Positions 1-12,697 of a stretch of 64,000 bases of DNA are shown here, in pieces (positions within the stretch are counted from its first letter, which is position 1; each line of letters begins with the position of its first letter). This DNA comes from Camelus dromedarius. Its lineage: Eukaryota. The notes under the pieces were generated by a model. It was not told the DNA's origin and did not search any database. It saw nothing but the letters and a program-made list of their open reading frames with translations. The translations under genes and the position numbers were made by a program. The DNA lies in contig NC_087472.1 of the NCBI RefSeq assembly GCF_036321535.1, positions 100,380,001-100,444,000 on the forward strand, read 5' to 3'.

Positions 1-164
1 TTCAAGGAGCTCACAGCTTCATTTGGAAAAACAGGAGAGTAAGCAGAGATTAATTAGGACAATGTGAGAAGCATTGGGACAGAGCTAAGCAATGAAAGCA
101 ATGATATCAGATGAGACCATGTGTACAAAAAACACAGCATTTCATCCCAAGGTGGTATATAAGA

Positions 165-415
165 CGCAGTGGTTATGAATGCAGGCCGGAGCTAAGTGTC
201 TTAGGTTCAAGCCCCATCTCTTCCTATTATAACTGGCGGTGTGATCTTGAGCAAGTTATCCTTTAACTTCTCTGCACTTCTGTTTCCTCATTTGTAAAAG
301 TGAAAATAATAATTATATCTACTTCATAGAATTGTGAGGATGAAATGAGCTAAGATATACTGAGTCCTGAGAATAGAGCCTGGGACTTGATGAAAACTCA
401 AAAATGTTGGCTATA
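165..415 (+). mobile_element. MIR SINE
   Basis: MIR core: gtgatcttgagcaagtta...ctgtttcctcatttgtaaaa...gaattgtgaggatgaaatgag. Confidence 0.85.
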
Positions 416-1099
416 ACTAGAAAACACTCATTTCAAGCAAGGAGAAGCTCTATCAGATAAAATTAAAGCAAACTCTTTTCTAGGCAAGCTGGTAGGAGTT
501 GTGGTGATTTTTATCTTTCCCTTACTTGTCACTCTCTGTCCCAAACCACTTTTCCTTAGTTCCAGTTGAGCAGGAAAAGCTGTTTCATCTTTGGCAGTTC
601 TTCCAAATTCAGTAGACTGTGACTGGATTATTTAGAGAGTTAATGGACAGTTCCTGGCTCATGTACAAATGTACAAATCCTCATCATTTTTGCCCTGAAC
701 CTTTGATATAAAGAACGACAAGTGGACACTGTAATGTCCCCCTGAGAATGTACAAGGAGTCGTTTATTCACATTGTTTCAGAGGGAGACTGATATGAGCC
801 CTTGGAGGTGGGTAGAAGTAACCTTCTAGTACCTTGCAAAATCCAGTGAATAGAAGGACAGGGCGAAACTGGAAAGGGAACTTTTACTTTTCATTGGACT
901 GAAGAAGTATAAGGAGATAATTTGCTTTTTCAGCTTACCAGGATTCCACCATCTTCATTTGGGTCGATTGAATGTTTGAAGATGGTCTAAGAGGCTACAA
1001 TCTCTGCTCCCCTAATTTAAACCTACAAACCTGTCTGCTCTAATGTTGTCAAAAAGTCTCATCATTTAAAAAGTACTCTTCTGTTTTCCCAATTGTTTC

Positions 1100-1435
1100 A
1101 AAATTTAAATATGGACTGAGCAATAGATGATATTTATGCATTGTTAATAATTTGGTTAACTGTGATAATAGCACTGTGGTCATATAAGAAAAACATTTTC
1201 CATCCTTCCTTCCTTCTGTCCTTCCTTCCTTCCTTTCTTTTGAGAAACATTTCAAAGTAAAAAGGACATGACGACTGACATTTGCTTTAGAGAAATCTTA
1301 GGGGAAAAAAAGTTTATGGGGTACTTAATAAAATAAGATTGGCAAAGTATTTTGCTTGTTGAATCTGGATGACAAGTCCTAAGTGGTTACTTGTAGTCTC
1401 TTTTAGGTAGTTTTGGAAATTTTCCCAACAAAAAC
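1100..1435 (+). mobile_element. old L1 (L1MC/ME-like) 3' UTR fragment
   Basis: tgtgataatagcactgtggtcatat...aagattggcaaa...ttggaaattttcccaacaaaa resembles old L1M 3' ends. Confidence 0.6.
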
Positions 1436-2019
1436 TACATTTTTCTGTTTTCAGGCACCGTTCTCAATCTTGCTTTGACACCCCCTGGGCAACAGGCTGG
1501 CACCACCCCTTCCTCAACTGCGTGAGGTGGTTTCCTTAGCAGTTTGCTGGTATAGATTACAGATGTGACTGAGAGCAGCCAGCGGGGCCTACGGCAAGGG
1601 GTAGGACTCTTCGAGTAGCCAGGATCCCTGCACTGGTAGCCTAGGGCCATAAGTAGCCTCATCCAGCTACCCTAGGGTGCTGCTCAGATAATCACTACTG
1701 TCTTTGAGACAAGTGATGAAAAAAACACTGGTCCAAAGTACTTCCCATTAAGAAGTAAGTATTCCTTGGGAGGGGTTAACTCAGCAAGCTCAGGTTCTGC
1801 TCTTAGGGGAACCCAAACTAGATGGATATCTAGATAGATAAGGCCTGAGAAACAGCCACTGGATCTGAAAGTCAGTTAGATTGGTGACTTGAGTGAAGAA
1901 TTTGGAAATGAGGGAAGAGAGGCCACATTTCAGTGAGATACGAAATGAATAGGAAAGGAATGATGGAGAAGATACTTCAGAAGCAAAGTCACCGACATAA
2001 GAGACACAGCAGTGACATC

Positions 2020-2357
2020 ACATTTCAGTTCAGTAGGATTTAATCCTCCTTCCTAATAGCACCCTACATAGTTTTGGGTGCTCACCTTTCTCACACTCTG
2101 TCTTGTCTTGGGGAGAGGTGGTATCTGCCTCCTGGTGGAAGGTAACGGGCCAGCTAGGCCAGACCACCGGACACCCTCTCCCAAGTCTTTGAACCCCGAG
2201 TGATATAAGAATATGAAGACCAGTTAAGGGTTATTTATCCCAGCACTCCAGTGCTAAACAGGCTTTTCCAAGCCTTTTGTTTCCCAAATCCTTGCAACAA
2301 ATTAACTTGCTCGAGATTGCCAGAGGCAGTTTCTGTGAGTAGAATCCTAATTAATAA
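2020..2357 (+). mobile_element. degenerate MaLR (MLT1-like) LTR
   Basis: 3' end ...gccagaggcagtttctg...aatcctaattaata is typical of old MLT1 LTRs. Confidence 0.45.
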
Positions 2358-2391
2358 AAGAGGGCTATAATTAAAGATTTCAGAGTGAGAG

Positions 2392-2852
2392 TGTGAAGGA
2401 AAAGCTGGGCTGGTCTAACAAGATAACTCACAAGTCTAGGAATGTGAAGAAGCTGGGCTGGGCTAACAAGATAACACACAAATCTAAGTATTGGAATACT
2501 GATCTGAGTTCTGCTAGACTAACTTGTAAATCTAGGTTAATTAGTGTTGGTTTGCTGTTCATGTTTTCTGCTAGCCAGCTGGGTTTTCAAAGATACATAT
2601 CTGGCTTTGGAATGTTGGTTTGCTGCCTCCCCGCCTCCACTTTTGTGATGACAATGCTGCTAAAGCTGTTCCATGCCTATTGGCCTAATACCCCAAGCTT
2701 GTACTTTACCCTATAAAACCTCATGTGCACATCTTGAAGGTGCTCAGAGCTTCGGAGTAGAAGCCCCTCTGAGCCTGCCGGCGTAATACATCTGAGTACT
2801 CCAACCCCCCAAGTGCTGCTTGTTTCTTGACTGGCCTGTCGTTTCCGTAACA
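2392..2852 (+). mobile_element. solo ERV1-type LTR with 4-bp TSD
   Basis: TG...CA termini (tgtgaagg...gtaaca); AGAG at 2388-2391 and 2853-2856; TATA (cctataaaa ~2711); AATACA ~2785; internal ~50-bp tandem duplication. Confidence 0.85.
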
Positions 2853-2951
2853 AGAGTGCTTGGTTTCTACTCAGAGTTTTTCTTCTTTAAAAAAAAAATT
2901 ACTTTATAATCCAAAGCTAGTTTTATTAGACTTTTTGTGTTCCCCCTCCCA

Positions 2952-4382
2952 GCTTTATTCAGCTATAATTAATAAATAGCATTGTACACATTTAAGGTGT
3001 ACAAGATGATGATTTGATACATGCATATATTGTAAAATGACTACCACAATAAGGTTAATTAACACATCTATTACCTGACATAGTTACCTTTTGTGTGTGT
3101 GTGTCTCTGTGTGTGGGGTGAAAAATTTAAGATTTACTCTCTTAGCAACTTTCAAGTATATAATATAGTATTGTTAACTACAGTCATCATGATGTACATT
3201 AGATCCCCAGAACTTATGCATCTCATAACTGGAAGTTTGTACCTTTGCCCAACATTCCTCCATTTATTCCCTCTGTCATGCCCCCTAAACCCCTTGCAAC
3301 CACCATTCTACTCTCTGCTTCTATGAGTTCAGCTTTTTTAAGATTCTACATGTAAGATCATACAATCTTTGTCTTTATCTGACTTATTTCACTTAGCTTA
3401 ATGCCCTCAAGGTTGTCACAAATGGCAGGATTTCCTTGTTTTATGGCTGAGTAGTATTCCTTTTAGTACACCTACCACATCTTTCTCCAGTCATCCATTG
3501 ATGGACACTTAGGTTGTTTCCATGTCTTATTTATTGTGAACATTGCTGCCGTGAACATGGGGGTGCATGTATCTCTTGGAAATAGTGATTTAGTTTTCTT
3601 TGGCTATATACCCAGAAGTGAGATTGCTGCATTATAGGGTAGTTCTATTTTTAATTTTTTGAGGAATCTTCATATTGTTTTCCATAGTGGCTCTACCAAT
3701 TTACATCTCTACCAGCAGTGCTCAAAGGCTCCCTTTCTCCACATCTTTCCCAAGACTGCTGTCTCTTGGGTTTTTTTTTTTTTTTTTTTTTTCCATAATA
3801 GCCATCCTAAAAGGGGTGTGAGGGGGTATCTCACTATGGTTTTAATTTGCATTTCCATGATGATTAGTGATGTTGAGCTCTTTTCATGTACCTGTTGGCC
3901 ATTTGTTTGTCTTGGGAAAAACGTCTATTCAGGAACTTTGCCCGCTTTTAAATTGTATTATTTGGTTTTTATGCTATTGAGTTATATGAGTTCCTCATAC
4001 ATTTTTGAATATTAACCCCTTAACAGCTATATGGTTTGCAAATATTTTCTCCCATTCCAATGGTTGCCTTTTCTTTTCTCGTTTTTTTATTGTTTCCTTT
4101 GCTGTAGAGAAACTTTGTAGTTTGATGTATTCCCACTTGTTTATTTTTGCTTTTCTTGCTTATGCTTTTGGTGTCATATCCAAAAAGTCATTGCCAAGAT
4201 CCATGTCAAGAAGCTTTTTCCCTGTGTTTTCTTCTAGGGGTTTTGTGGTTTGGGGTCTTACATTTAAGCCTTTAATCCATTTCAAGTTAATTTTTGTGAG
4301 TGGTGTTAAGATGTGGGTACAATTTCATTCTTTTGCATGTGGATGCGCAGTTTTCCCAGCACCATTTATTGAAGAGACTATT
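2952..4382 (-). mobile_element. 5'-truncated L1 (L1MA-like), 3' UTR plus ORF2 C-terminus
   Basis: Antisense L1 signatures such as ttttccatagtggctctaccaatttaca and cccagcaccatttattgaagagacta; track ORFs 3659/4005 are antisense L1 reads. Confidence 0.9.
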
Positions 4383-4385
4383 CAG

Positions 4386-5990
4386 ATTTTTTCCTGATTA
4401 TAAAGTAATCTGTATTCAATGTAGAAGGTTGAGAAGGTGCAGAAATGTATTCTAAAATAGAAAAAAGAAAACCTTATAATCCCATTGCTCAAAGGCAAAC
4501 ACTATTAATTTAGCTGAGCCAATACCATGTGTGCAATTTATTATCCAGTTTATAGAATATAGCATACTTCTTTTAAAAAAAATTAACATTATAACAATAC
4601 ATCATTTCTTTATATCAGTAACAACTTCTCAAGTACAATTTTGATGATTCAGAATATTTAGTCTTATGGATATACCATATTTTTCTAAAATTTTCCACCA
4701 TCATTTAATATTCTGGCTCTCTCAAAATTCTATCATAAAAAATAATTTCCTGAACATCTTCTGTCATAAATCTTGGTCTGGCAGTTCTGATTCTGTCCGT
4801 AGGCTTGATTCCCAGAAGTGGAGTTATTGTTTCAAAAGGAATGAACATTTTAAAAGCTCTGGAGAGCTCGTGCCAGAATCATGTCCAGATAATGAGATAT
4901 CAGTTTATATTTCCACCAGTGCTCTTGATGGGGGTTTTTTAAATGGTTACTGTGAGACAGGCAAGTTATTTCATTTCTAATTTCTCTGATTTAGATTGAT
5001 TCAGTTTCCTTCTTTTCCAGTTGTCTATCTTTGCATTAATATTTTCCTCAGGGATTTACATGAACTCTGTATATTAAAGCGATTAACATTGTGTTACATG
5101 TTTGAAAATATTTTCCTGTTTGTTGTTTATCTTTTTAATTGATTATGTTGCTTTTAGCTATTCAATCATTTATATTTTTTATACAATTAAGTCCAGTAAA
5201 ATTTTTCCTTATGTTTTCATCTTTGAGAAACTTTGCATTGTTTTAAGCTTGTAAAGTCCCTCATCAGGTTCGATAAACATTCATTCTGAGTAGTGTTTTT
5301 GTCTTGAATCCTCTGTGTAGTAATATTTTCCACTGATGCTTTCTTTTGCCCACCTTTGATTGATGTCTTTATTCATTCTTTTAATTTTAATCTTTCTGTG
5401 TAATTATGTTTTAGATTGTCTTTTATAAGGAGCACACAATCGTATTTCGTTTGTTTTTAGCCCAGCGTGAGCATCTTTTTATTACAGAGTGTAAAGCATT
5501 TGCAATTAGCATGAAAACTGATGCACTTGCTCCTATTTCTGGAATCTTTTTCATAATCTCTTTTAAACGTATTTGCTGTTTTCTACATTTTCTTTTCATT
5601 TGCATTGTTTTTTGTTTTCTTTTCTTCAGTAGTAATTGGGAGGGTGATTCTTAATTCTAGTGGTGATTACTTTTAAGTTTATTAGCTGTAGCCCTGAACT
5701 CATGCTTCTTTGATTGTCAGAATGAAGAGCAAAAGAGTAATTTTTATGTCATCCATTTAATAATTAGTGGGGTTTGTTTTTATTTTTGTTTTGTTTTACT
5801 TTTATATCCCACAAATTCCTGTCTTTATTAATATAATCTTGGGTCATAAAACTCAATTATTATGCTATATGTATTATTTACATGTTCTTTTTCAAGATTG
5901 GCTTTGGATTTTGCATTCAATTTTCATACCCATATTTATGACAATAATTTTCACTTAACTAAATATTTTACTGACTTTCAAGTTTGCTGC
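4386..5990 (-). mobile_element. old L1ME/L1M fragments
   Basis: ttttcctgattataaagtaat start and T-rich degenerate antisense L1 motifs. Confidence 0.55.
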
Positions 5991-6140
5991 CAATCTTTTT
6001 ATGGTGTGGTACAATTTTCTCCACGAGAGCATGCAAATGAGAATCACCTGAAGAGTTTTTTGGTAAATTCACATTCCCTGGCTCTGCATCCACATAGAGA
6101 TTCTAATTCTGTGTGTCTAGGACAGCCTTTGCATGACCTC

Positions 6141-6643
6141 TGTGAATGAAAAATATTGCCAGCCATATCAGTAAACAAAGGATGCTGTGGCCATGAAGAC
6201 ATCAAGCCACTACCGCCACACCCCGCCCCCGAGAGTGAGTGGAGGGAACTCAGGGTGCAAACAAGCAGGCAGCCCAGCCTCTGCAGACACTCCCAACAGT
6301 GCACTCTAGGGGAACACAGGATGGGAAAAGAACAGGATACTGGCCCTAGACAGCTAGGTGCATATCAAAGGAATGATTTCAATGAGCCCAGAACTTTGCA
6401 CCTTCCCATACATAGAAAAGCACTAAATTCCTTGAGGTATCTGGTTTTCTTTAATTAACAGTAATCTTTTGATATTCTGACTACCTGGTCTTTGTGGCAA
6501 AACTCGTATGTATCCTGGCTCCTCTCCTGCCATTTTGGAGCAGTCTCTGGGCGATCTGAGAGGCTGCCTCCTGGGTTCGAGTCCTCAGAAAATCTGCTGA
6601 ATAAAACATAACTCAACTTTTAGGTTGTGCATTTCAGTAGACA
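6141..6643 (+). mobile_element. solo ERV LTR (ERV1-like)
   Basis: tgtgaatgaaaa...gaataaaacataactc...cagtagaca; TG/CA ends, AATAAA at ~6600; abuts a MER5-like fragment (~6010-6130). Confidence 0.75.
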
Positions 6644-6871
6644 CACCCCTTTGGCTTCAGCCTTATAGTACTCTGAGAGTTGTAGACTGAATGGCTACAG
6701 AGGGAAATTATGGGAGAAAGGGTGGGGGAGGAGGGGAAGGGAGTGCTTTAGGAAAGGGTTTCCTGGGAGTAGGAAGAGTTCCTGGTTTTCCAATGGGTCC
6801 ACGTGATGTCGAAAGCTCCTCCTGATTGCTGCCCTCGCCACTCCCGTCTCTAATCTCCAATTGAGAATGGC

Positions 6872-7085
6872 TGGTGTAACGGAGGACTGAAAGGTTTGGA
6901 AACTGGTTTCAAATCCTTGCTCTGTCACTTTCTTGGTCTTCTGTTGAACAAGTCACTTAACCCTTGACCCTTAATTTTCTCATCTGTAGAAATGGCTAAA
7001 TTTTACTTTCTAGGATTGTAATCACAGATAATCTAGAAAGCACTTAGCATGGTGCTTGACAGCAGCAAGTTCTCAGAAATTGTTA
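6872..7085 (+). mobile_element. MIR SINE
   Basis: caaatccttgctctgtcact...caagtcacttaacc...ttctcatctgtagaaatgg...aaagcacttagca. Confidence 0.85.
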
Positions 7086-7216
7086 TAATTGCTGTTTTAT
7101 ATTGATATGTCTATTGTTGTAGGGCTACATTTTAATGCAATTCCAATTTTTACTTCCTTCTCTCTGTTTATTTTTCTTCCTTCTCTTGAAGTAAGTAAAG
7201 ATACAACCATAATCCC

Positions 7217-7774
7217 TGTTACTGAAAGCAAGTTCATGTGCTGGAGGCACAGTGAGGCCAAACAAACTGAAGCCACGGAATTTGGAACAGAGAAAGTGCA
7301 AGCAAGGAGAATGGGTGGCTCATGCTATTAAAAAAAAAAAAACAACTCCCCAATGGTTTTTGGGGAAAGCTTTTATAGGCAAAATGCGGGATGAGGGCTG
7401 CAGGGGATGTGAATTTCTTCTGATTGTTCGGTGGTGAAGTAACAAGGCAGTGTTCCAGGAATCTTGTGTGCAGCCTGAAGTTATCATCCTCACCTGAGTG
7501 GGGGCCTTGGTTCCTTCAGAAGAACTTGGAGATATTGTTATGTATATCCCTTGAGGGGGATCCAGGATTATGCTTTATCCATGTGCTGTTGTTTCTTGAC
7601 TGCACTTTCTCTGTTTCTGCATTCCCTCCCTTCCCTGATTAGCAACTCTTTGAATCTGCCCTTTGGTACTCAGGGAAGGTTTAGGAGGCTGAAGCTTTTT
7701 CCTGCAAATAATAAATGGGAACACAGAAAGGCTTTTGTACCCTGGAGGGCCCTACCGGGTCCTACTTGGTTTCA
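7217..7774 (-). mobile_element. solo ERV1-type LTR, family A copy 1
   Basis: tgttactgaa...ggtttca ends; reverse TATA (ttttatagg); aligns along its length with 14021-14553. Confidence 0.8.
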
Positions 7775-7891
7775 CCACGCACATCACTCGTTAAAATCCA
7801 TTTCCTCCAAAGCAACTTGCTCTCCGGTGCTTTCACAAGCCACAGCTGCCCTCAAACCTTCCTTCTCACCTCTCATTCATCAAAATTATAG

Positions 7892-8065
7892 CAGTGCTGT
7901 CCGGTAGAACTTTGTGTGATGATGGAAACGTTCTACAATATAGAACATGTAGCTGCCAAGCACTTGACATGTAGCTGGTGAGACTAAGGAACTGGATTTT
8001 TAATTTTAATTAATTTAAATTTAAGTAGCCACATGTGTTTAGTGGCTACCGTATTGGACGTTGCA
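7892..8065. mobile_element. MER3-like hAT-Charlie MITE
   Basis: cagtgctgtcc...agaactttgtgtgatgatggaaa...gtagccacatgtg...gtggctaccgtattggac. Confidence 0.8.
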
Positions 8066-8299
8066 ACTCTACAGATTTTCTTCTTGCTTGAAAAGCCATT
8101 ATTCAATTAATGGTCCATCTTACAATTAATGGCATCTTAGAAAAGACAACATTCAGTGAAAAATTATGATTATGAAAATTGTACTGTAATTTTAGACATA
8201 ACTTTCTATATTTCTAGCCTTTCATAGATAGTTTTTAATTTTATTCTTCTCTTCAAAAGTGAATACACAGTTATTCTATATAAATTCACTGTGTCAAGA

Positions 8300-8913
8300 G
8301 TTAAGATGAAGTAAGTTTCCTGCTCGAAGCACACCTAATAATATCTATCCTTGCCACGGTTATATTATGTTTATGAGACTTGTGTTTTTTACTTTTGGTT
8401 TGAGCAAGATGAACAAAACATTTGGAGGAGGATAAATGCATGGGGGAATTTGCTGATGATGGACCAGAATGAAAGTGCATTGGGAGTTGGAGAAAGAGAA
8501 TATGGGGTGAATGAAAAAGAATCTGAAAAGGAATATATGTATGTGTATGTGTGACTGACATTATGCTGTACACCAGAAATTGACACAACATTATATACTG
8601 ACTATACTTCAATTTAAAAAAAAAAAGAATATGGGGTAATATTAGGTCAGTTGCTCTGGCATTTATTTTTACCACAACCCAGTAATTACATATATACATA
8701 TATAATGGAGATAAAAATTTCCTGCCATCAATACTTAACTTCACTACATGGAGTGCATTCTGATATTTCCTATTTTATTTTATCCTCTTTGATGTCCTGT
8801 TGTATTTTATTTTCCTCTCTTTTATTCTATTTACCTTTCAATATGCTGGTCAAGAGTCACTAAACTGACTTCACAACCCACTACAGGGTTGCAATATGTG
8901 GTTTGAAAACACT
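8300..8913. mobile_element. hAT-Charlie (Charlie4-like) fragment
   Basis: Terminal sequence tgctggtc...cacaacccact...gggttgca...gtttgaaaacactg; interrupted by a short L1 tail. Confidence 0.55.
8509..8625 (+). mobile_element. very short 5'-truncated lineage-specific L1 3' end
   Basis: L1 tail (gctgtacaccagaaattgacacaacatt...tatacttcaatttaaaa) with perfect TSD agaatatggggt at 8497-8508 and 8626-8637. Confidence 0.85.
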
Positions 8914-9009
8914 GGCTTAGGAGATGTATGGAGCCATCTGGGTTTGAGAATTGGAGTAAAGAGGGGTGACTTGAGATTTCTGGGCTTCTGACACAACAGA
9001 GGTGGAGGC

Positions 9010-9370
9010 TGTGTTGGTTTGCTGGGACTGCCATAGCAAGGCACCACAAAAGAGTGGGTGGCTCAAGCCGCAGAAATTAATTTTCTTACAGTTCTGGAGT
9101 CTGGAAGTCCAAGATCAAGGTGACAGCAGAGTTGGTTCCTCCGGATGGCCACTCTTGTGCTGCCTCTTCACATGGTCGCTCCTCTGGTGTCTCTTCCTCT
9201 CCTTATTTGGACACCTGTCATATTGGAGTTCGACCCCCACCCTAAGGGCGTTACTTTAACTTAATCACTTCTTTAAAGACTTTATCTCCAAATATGGTCA
9301 CATTCTGAGATATCAAGGGTTGAGACTTAAAACATGTGAATTTCAGGGGGACACAATTCAACCTGAAATA
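9010..9370 (-). mobile_element. MaLR MLT1(A-C)-like LTR
   Basis: cagttctggagtctggaagtccaagatcaagg...tctccaaatatggtcacattctgag...ggggacacaattcaacc. Confidence 0.85.
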
Positions 9371-9448
9371 GGGAGAAGGCATGAGGGCATAAGCCCCCAT
9401 GGTCTTTAAGGCAAAGGGTGATGGTGAGACTGTGTGTGTTGGAGGGGG

Positions 9449-10020
9449 TGTTGCCAAAAAACTGACCTCTGTACCCCGATAGCTGAGTTGAGAGGTGGAG
9501 GCAGAGCTTTGGGAGGATGGAAAAGAACAGCTTTATCGCTTTGCCCGGCAAAGGGAATCACAGCAGGCTCGTGCCTTAAAGCCTGTGAGCCCCTCTTGGG
9601 GTTGGGGTCTTGCGGTTTTATAGAAAAACTGGATGGAACAGAAAAGGTGATAACACAGGGCGTTTCACAGGGGGTTGCATTCTCTTCGTCTTGATAAGAA
9701 CTTGCTGTTGTTAGGGAGGAACTGAGGAGGGTCTGCCCATTTTCCTAAGGTTCAGTCCATGACCTTCCTTCAAGACCTCTAGGGTAAAAGGAGAAGTTAT
9801 TCTAAGAAAAGAGTGCACAGGGAGGGGACCCTATTAGTCATACGATCAGTTTAGCCAGAAGTACAGGCCTGAACAACTCAAGAGCCATCTTGTTAGTTTT
9901 GTACTCTTTAAGGGGAAGGTGGTTCTTGCTAGGGGTACTCAGAGCTTTGGGGCCTCTCTTCCCTCCCGCCCTTGGAGGTTTGGAGGCCCAGAGAGCAATG
10001 CGCTTACCCTTAGTTTATCA
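9449..10020 (-). mobile_element. ERV-type solo LTR
   Basis: tgttgcc start and ...ttatca end; reverse TATA (gttttatag ~9616); no clean TSD. Confidence 0.55.
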
Positions 10021-10247
10021 ATATCTGGTCTCCATTTAAACCTGCAAATGTTTTTTGTTGTAGCATCATATTAAGATGGTGGAGACATAATCTGTTTATA
10101 TGCTAGAGTAAGGACCCTGTAAGAGTTTTTAAAAATTCCTTTTCTTAATCAGCTAATTCAACTATAACAAATGAACAGATTGAGAATGGGGAAATGAAGG
10201 GAAGTAAAATTTAGGAAGGGGAAATGGTACCATAAAAATAGAATGCC

Positions 10248-10248
<1 letters not shown>

Positions 10249-10276
<28 letters not shown>
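10249..10276. repeat. (TAA)n microsatellite
   Basis: Direct reading of the sequence. Confidence 0.9.
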
Positions 10277-10278
<2 letters not shown>

Positions 10279-12520
10279 CGGTAAGTACCTATGGTATACA
10301 GTGAGTCTTCTGTTTAGTCAGAGAAGAGAAAGTATATAAAATTAGACCATAATCACAGTAATAGTTGAGGGAAAAAATATGCATCATTTTAACTTCGTGC
10401 AAAGCAACAATGCAAAAGTTAATCTGTGAGTGCTAATCGTTCTTAGACTAAAGGAAAAATGAGAGCATAAAGCATGTTACAAATAAGTTACTGCTGCCTT
10501 AGTGAAAAGAGAAGTTGGTTAGGGTTATGTAGTAAATTCTGAATTTAATATAAAATATAAATGTCTGTGCTTGCTTTATTAATATCTAATAAATAGGCTT
10601 ACAATCGCGTTTGGCTTATTGATCAATGTTTGAGTCAAGGTTCACTTATCATAAATGGGAACTGAAAGTTCTTTTGCATTTGGACAGGGAGGCTGTCTAG
10701 TCTCAATAAGCTATTTTTGAGAACATCTGAAGAACAGAACAGCACAGCATTTTCTTTGCAAATATTAACTCGCCACATCATATGAAATTAATCCCCTTGG
10801 ACCACCTATATCAGGGTGGTACCACCTCAGTTTTCCAGATATGGAACAGCTCAATTTTCTCCATGAGGTTGCATAAAAGCACCAGTGGCCCAAGCTAATG
10901 CCAAATTAAGCAATCAACTGGTTCTCATCCAATACAGCTAAACCAGATGGGCTGCTTTAGCGACTTCCAGGCCAATTCCATCTATTTTTCAACCCAAATT
11001 TAATAGATTTGCACACTGCTTGCCTTTTAGGAGGGAGAAAAAGCACATTTTTAGTACCTCCGTTTTGTAAGGTATAACATTTTATACCTTCCAGTTCATG
11101 GGAAATGACAAATTAAATAAAAATGAAATATAGGCCATCTATAACCCCGCTACCCCTTTTAAGGCTTTAGCATATTTCTTTTCAGTATGTTTAATGCATT
11201 TTTATGATGAAAATCATCCTACATATACACAGGTGTTTTTATCCTGCATTACCTGCTGAAGATTAGATCCAACATTATTCCCATTCCCCTTAAAACTCGT
11301 CCTAAGCATTATTTTTCATGGCTAATAGATATTTCATTGTGTGTATCCAATGTAAATAGGAAGATGGCATGCCAGGGTGAGAATCAAGCTGAGAAGATAG
11401 TCCAAAAACAAGCCAAGGGCAGACAAATGACCAAGGTTAAAAGGACCAAGGTGGTCATCAGGACAGCAGACCAAGAGAAGGTCCAACCAAAGCTGGTGGT
11501 TGATAAGCCATGGGGTAGAAACATTGGGGAAGGGAGAGTTTGTTCCAGGGGACTAACCCCTACAGCACAGCATACTGTGGTAGCCGTTTTTCTTGGAATC
11601 TCAAGATGTGCTGCTGAATCTACTTTGTCACACTAGATCCCTTCTTTTCTAGGATTACTTATTTTTCAGGAGCCCTATGGTCCCTCCCTACAAGCTGGCT
11701 TCTATTGGCATCTCTTCCTCTCTGCTTGGTCTACTAGTCATGTCTGTATATATTAAGCTCCAACTGTGGCTTGAATTAATGCTTTTTCTGCTTCAGTGTG
11801 TATGTGTATTGGTTAATTCAAACCCATACTCATAGTGTGGGAACATCCAACATATTTGAATCTCTTTTCTGGCCTAACTGGAGCATCTTCTACCATGATT
11901 TAGCCATTCTCTTAGCAAGAGGATTTTAGAGTGTTTCACTATTATAAATAATACTGTAATAAGCATCTGTTTGCATTCATCTCTGGTAATCATCCACTTC
12001 TCAGGTAATTTCTTTCAGGGGGATTCCTAAAAGTGGAATTACACAGTCAAAAGGTAGAAACATTTAAAAAGGTCTTGATATATAACGCAAATTGTTTTTC
12101 ACACAGGTGGTTCCAACTTTCACTTCTAGCTGCCACATAGGGAAGTAGGCAGGACCCATTTTGGAATACATTCCTGTGTTTCTAAGGGTAGGATGAGTGG
12201 TGGCTGCAGTGACTGCTGGAGTTACAACCAGGAAGCCTTGGTTTTAACCCTGGCTTGCAAACTCTGTGACCTTCGTGCGTAATACTTGGTTTCTTCATCT
12301 GCCTAATGGGACTAGAGGCACCTTCCCAAAGAGCTATTGGAATGAATACATGAGAAATTGCACATGTGAGGCTTAATTCACATCCCCTTTCAGCTCTGCT
12401 TGGAGGCTAGTTAATCATGGAAACGAATGAGAGTTTGCATTTTGGTGACCAATAATGGTCTGATGGGTAATCCTTCCCAGCAATCTTCACCAGAGCAGGG
12501 TATGTGGGAACAATCCTATC

Positions 12521-12697
12521 CTCTTCTCTTCTCTTCTCTTCTCTTCTCTTCTCTTCTCTTCTCTTCTCTTCTCTTCTCTTCTCTTCCCTTCCCTTCCCTT
12601 CCCTTCCCTTCTCTTCTCTTCTCTTCTCTTCTCTTCTCTTCTCTTCTCTTCTCTTCTCTTCTCTTCTCTTCTCTTTTCTTTTCTCTTCCCTTCCCTT
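12521..12697. repeat. (CTCTT)n/(CCCTT)n pentanucleotide polypyrimidine tract
   Basis: Direct reading; explains the EKRREEKRR / LLFSS ORFs in the track. Confidence 0.97.

Noticed and set aside
2392..2488. Spaced direct repeats resembling a CRISPR-like array
   Set aside because: Only two units, inside an LTR in a mammalian genome; an ordinary U3 duplication.
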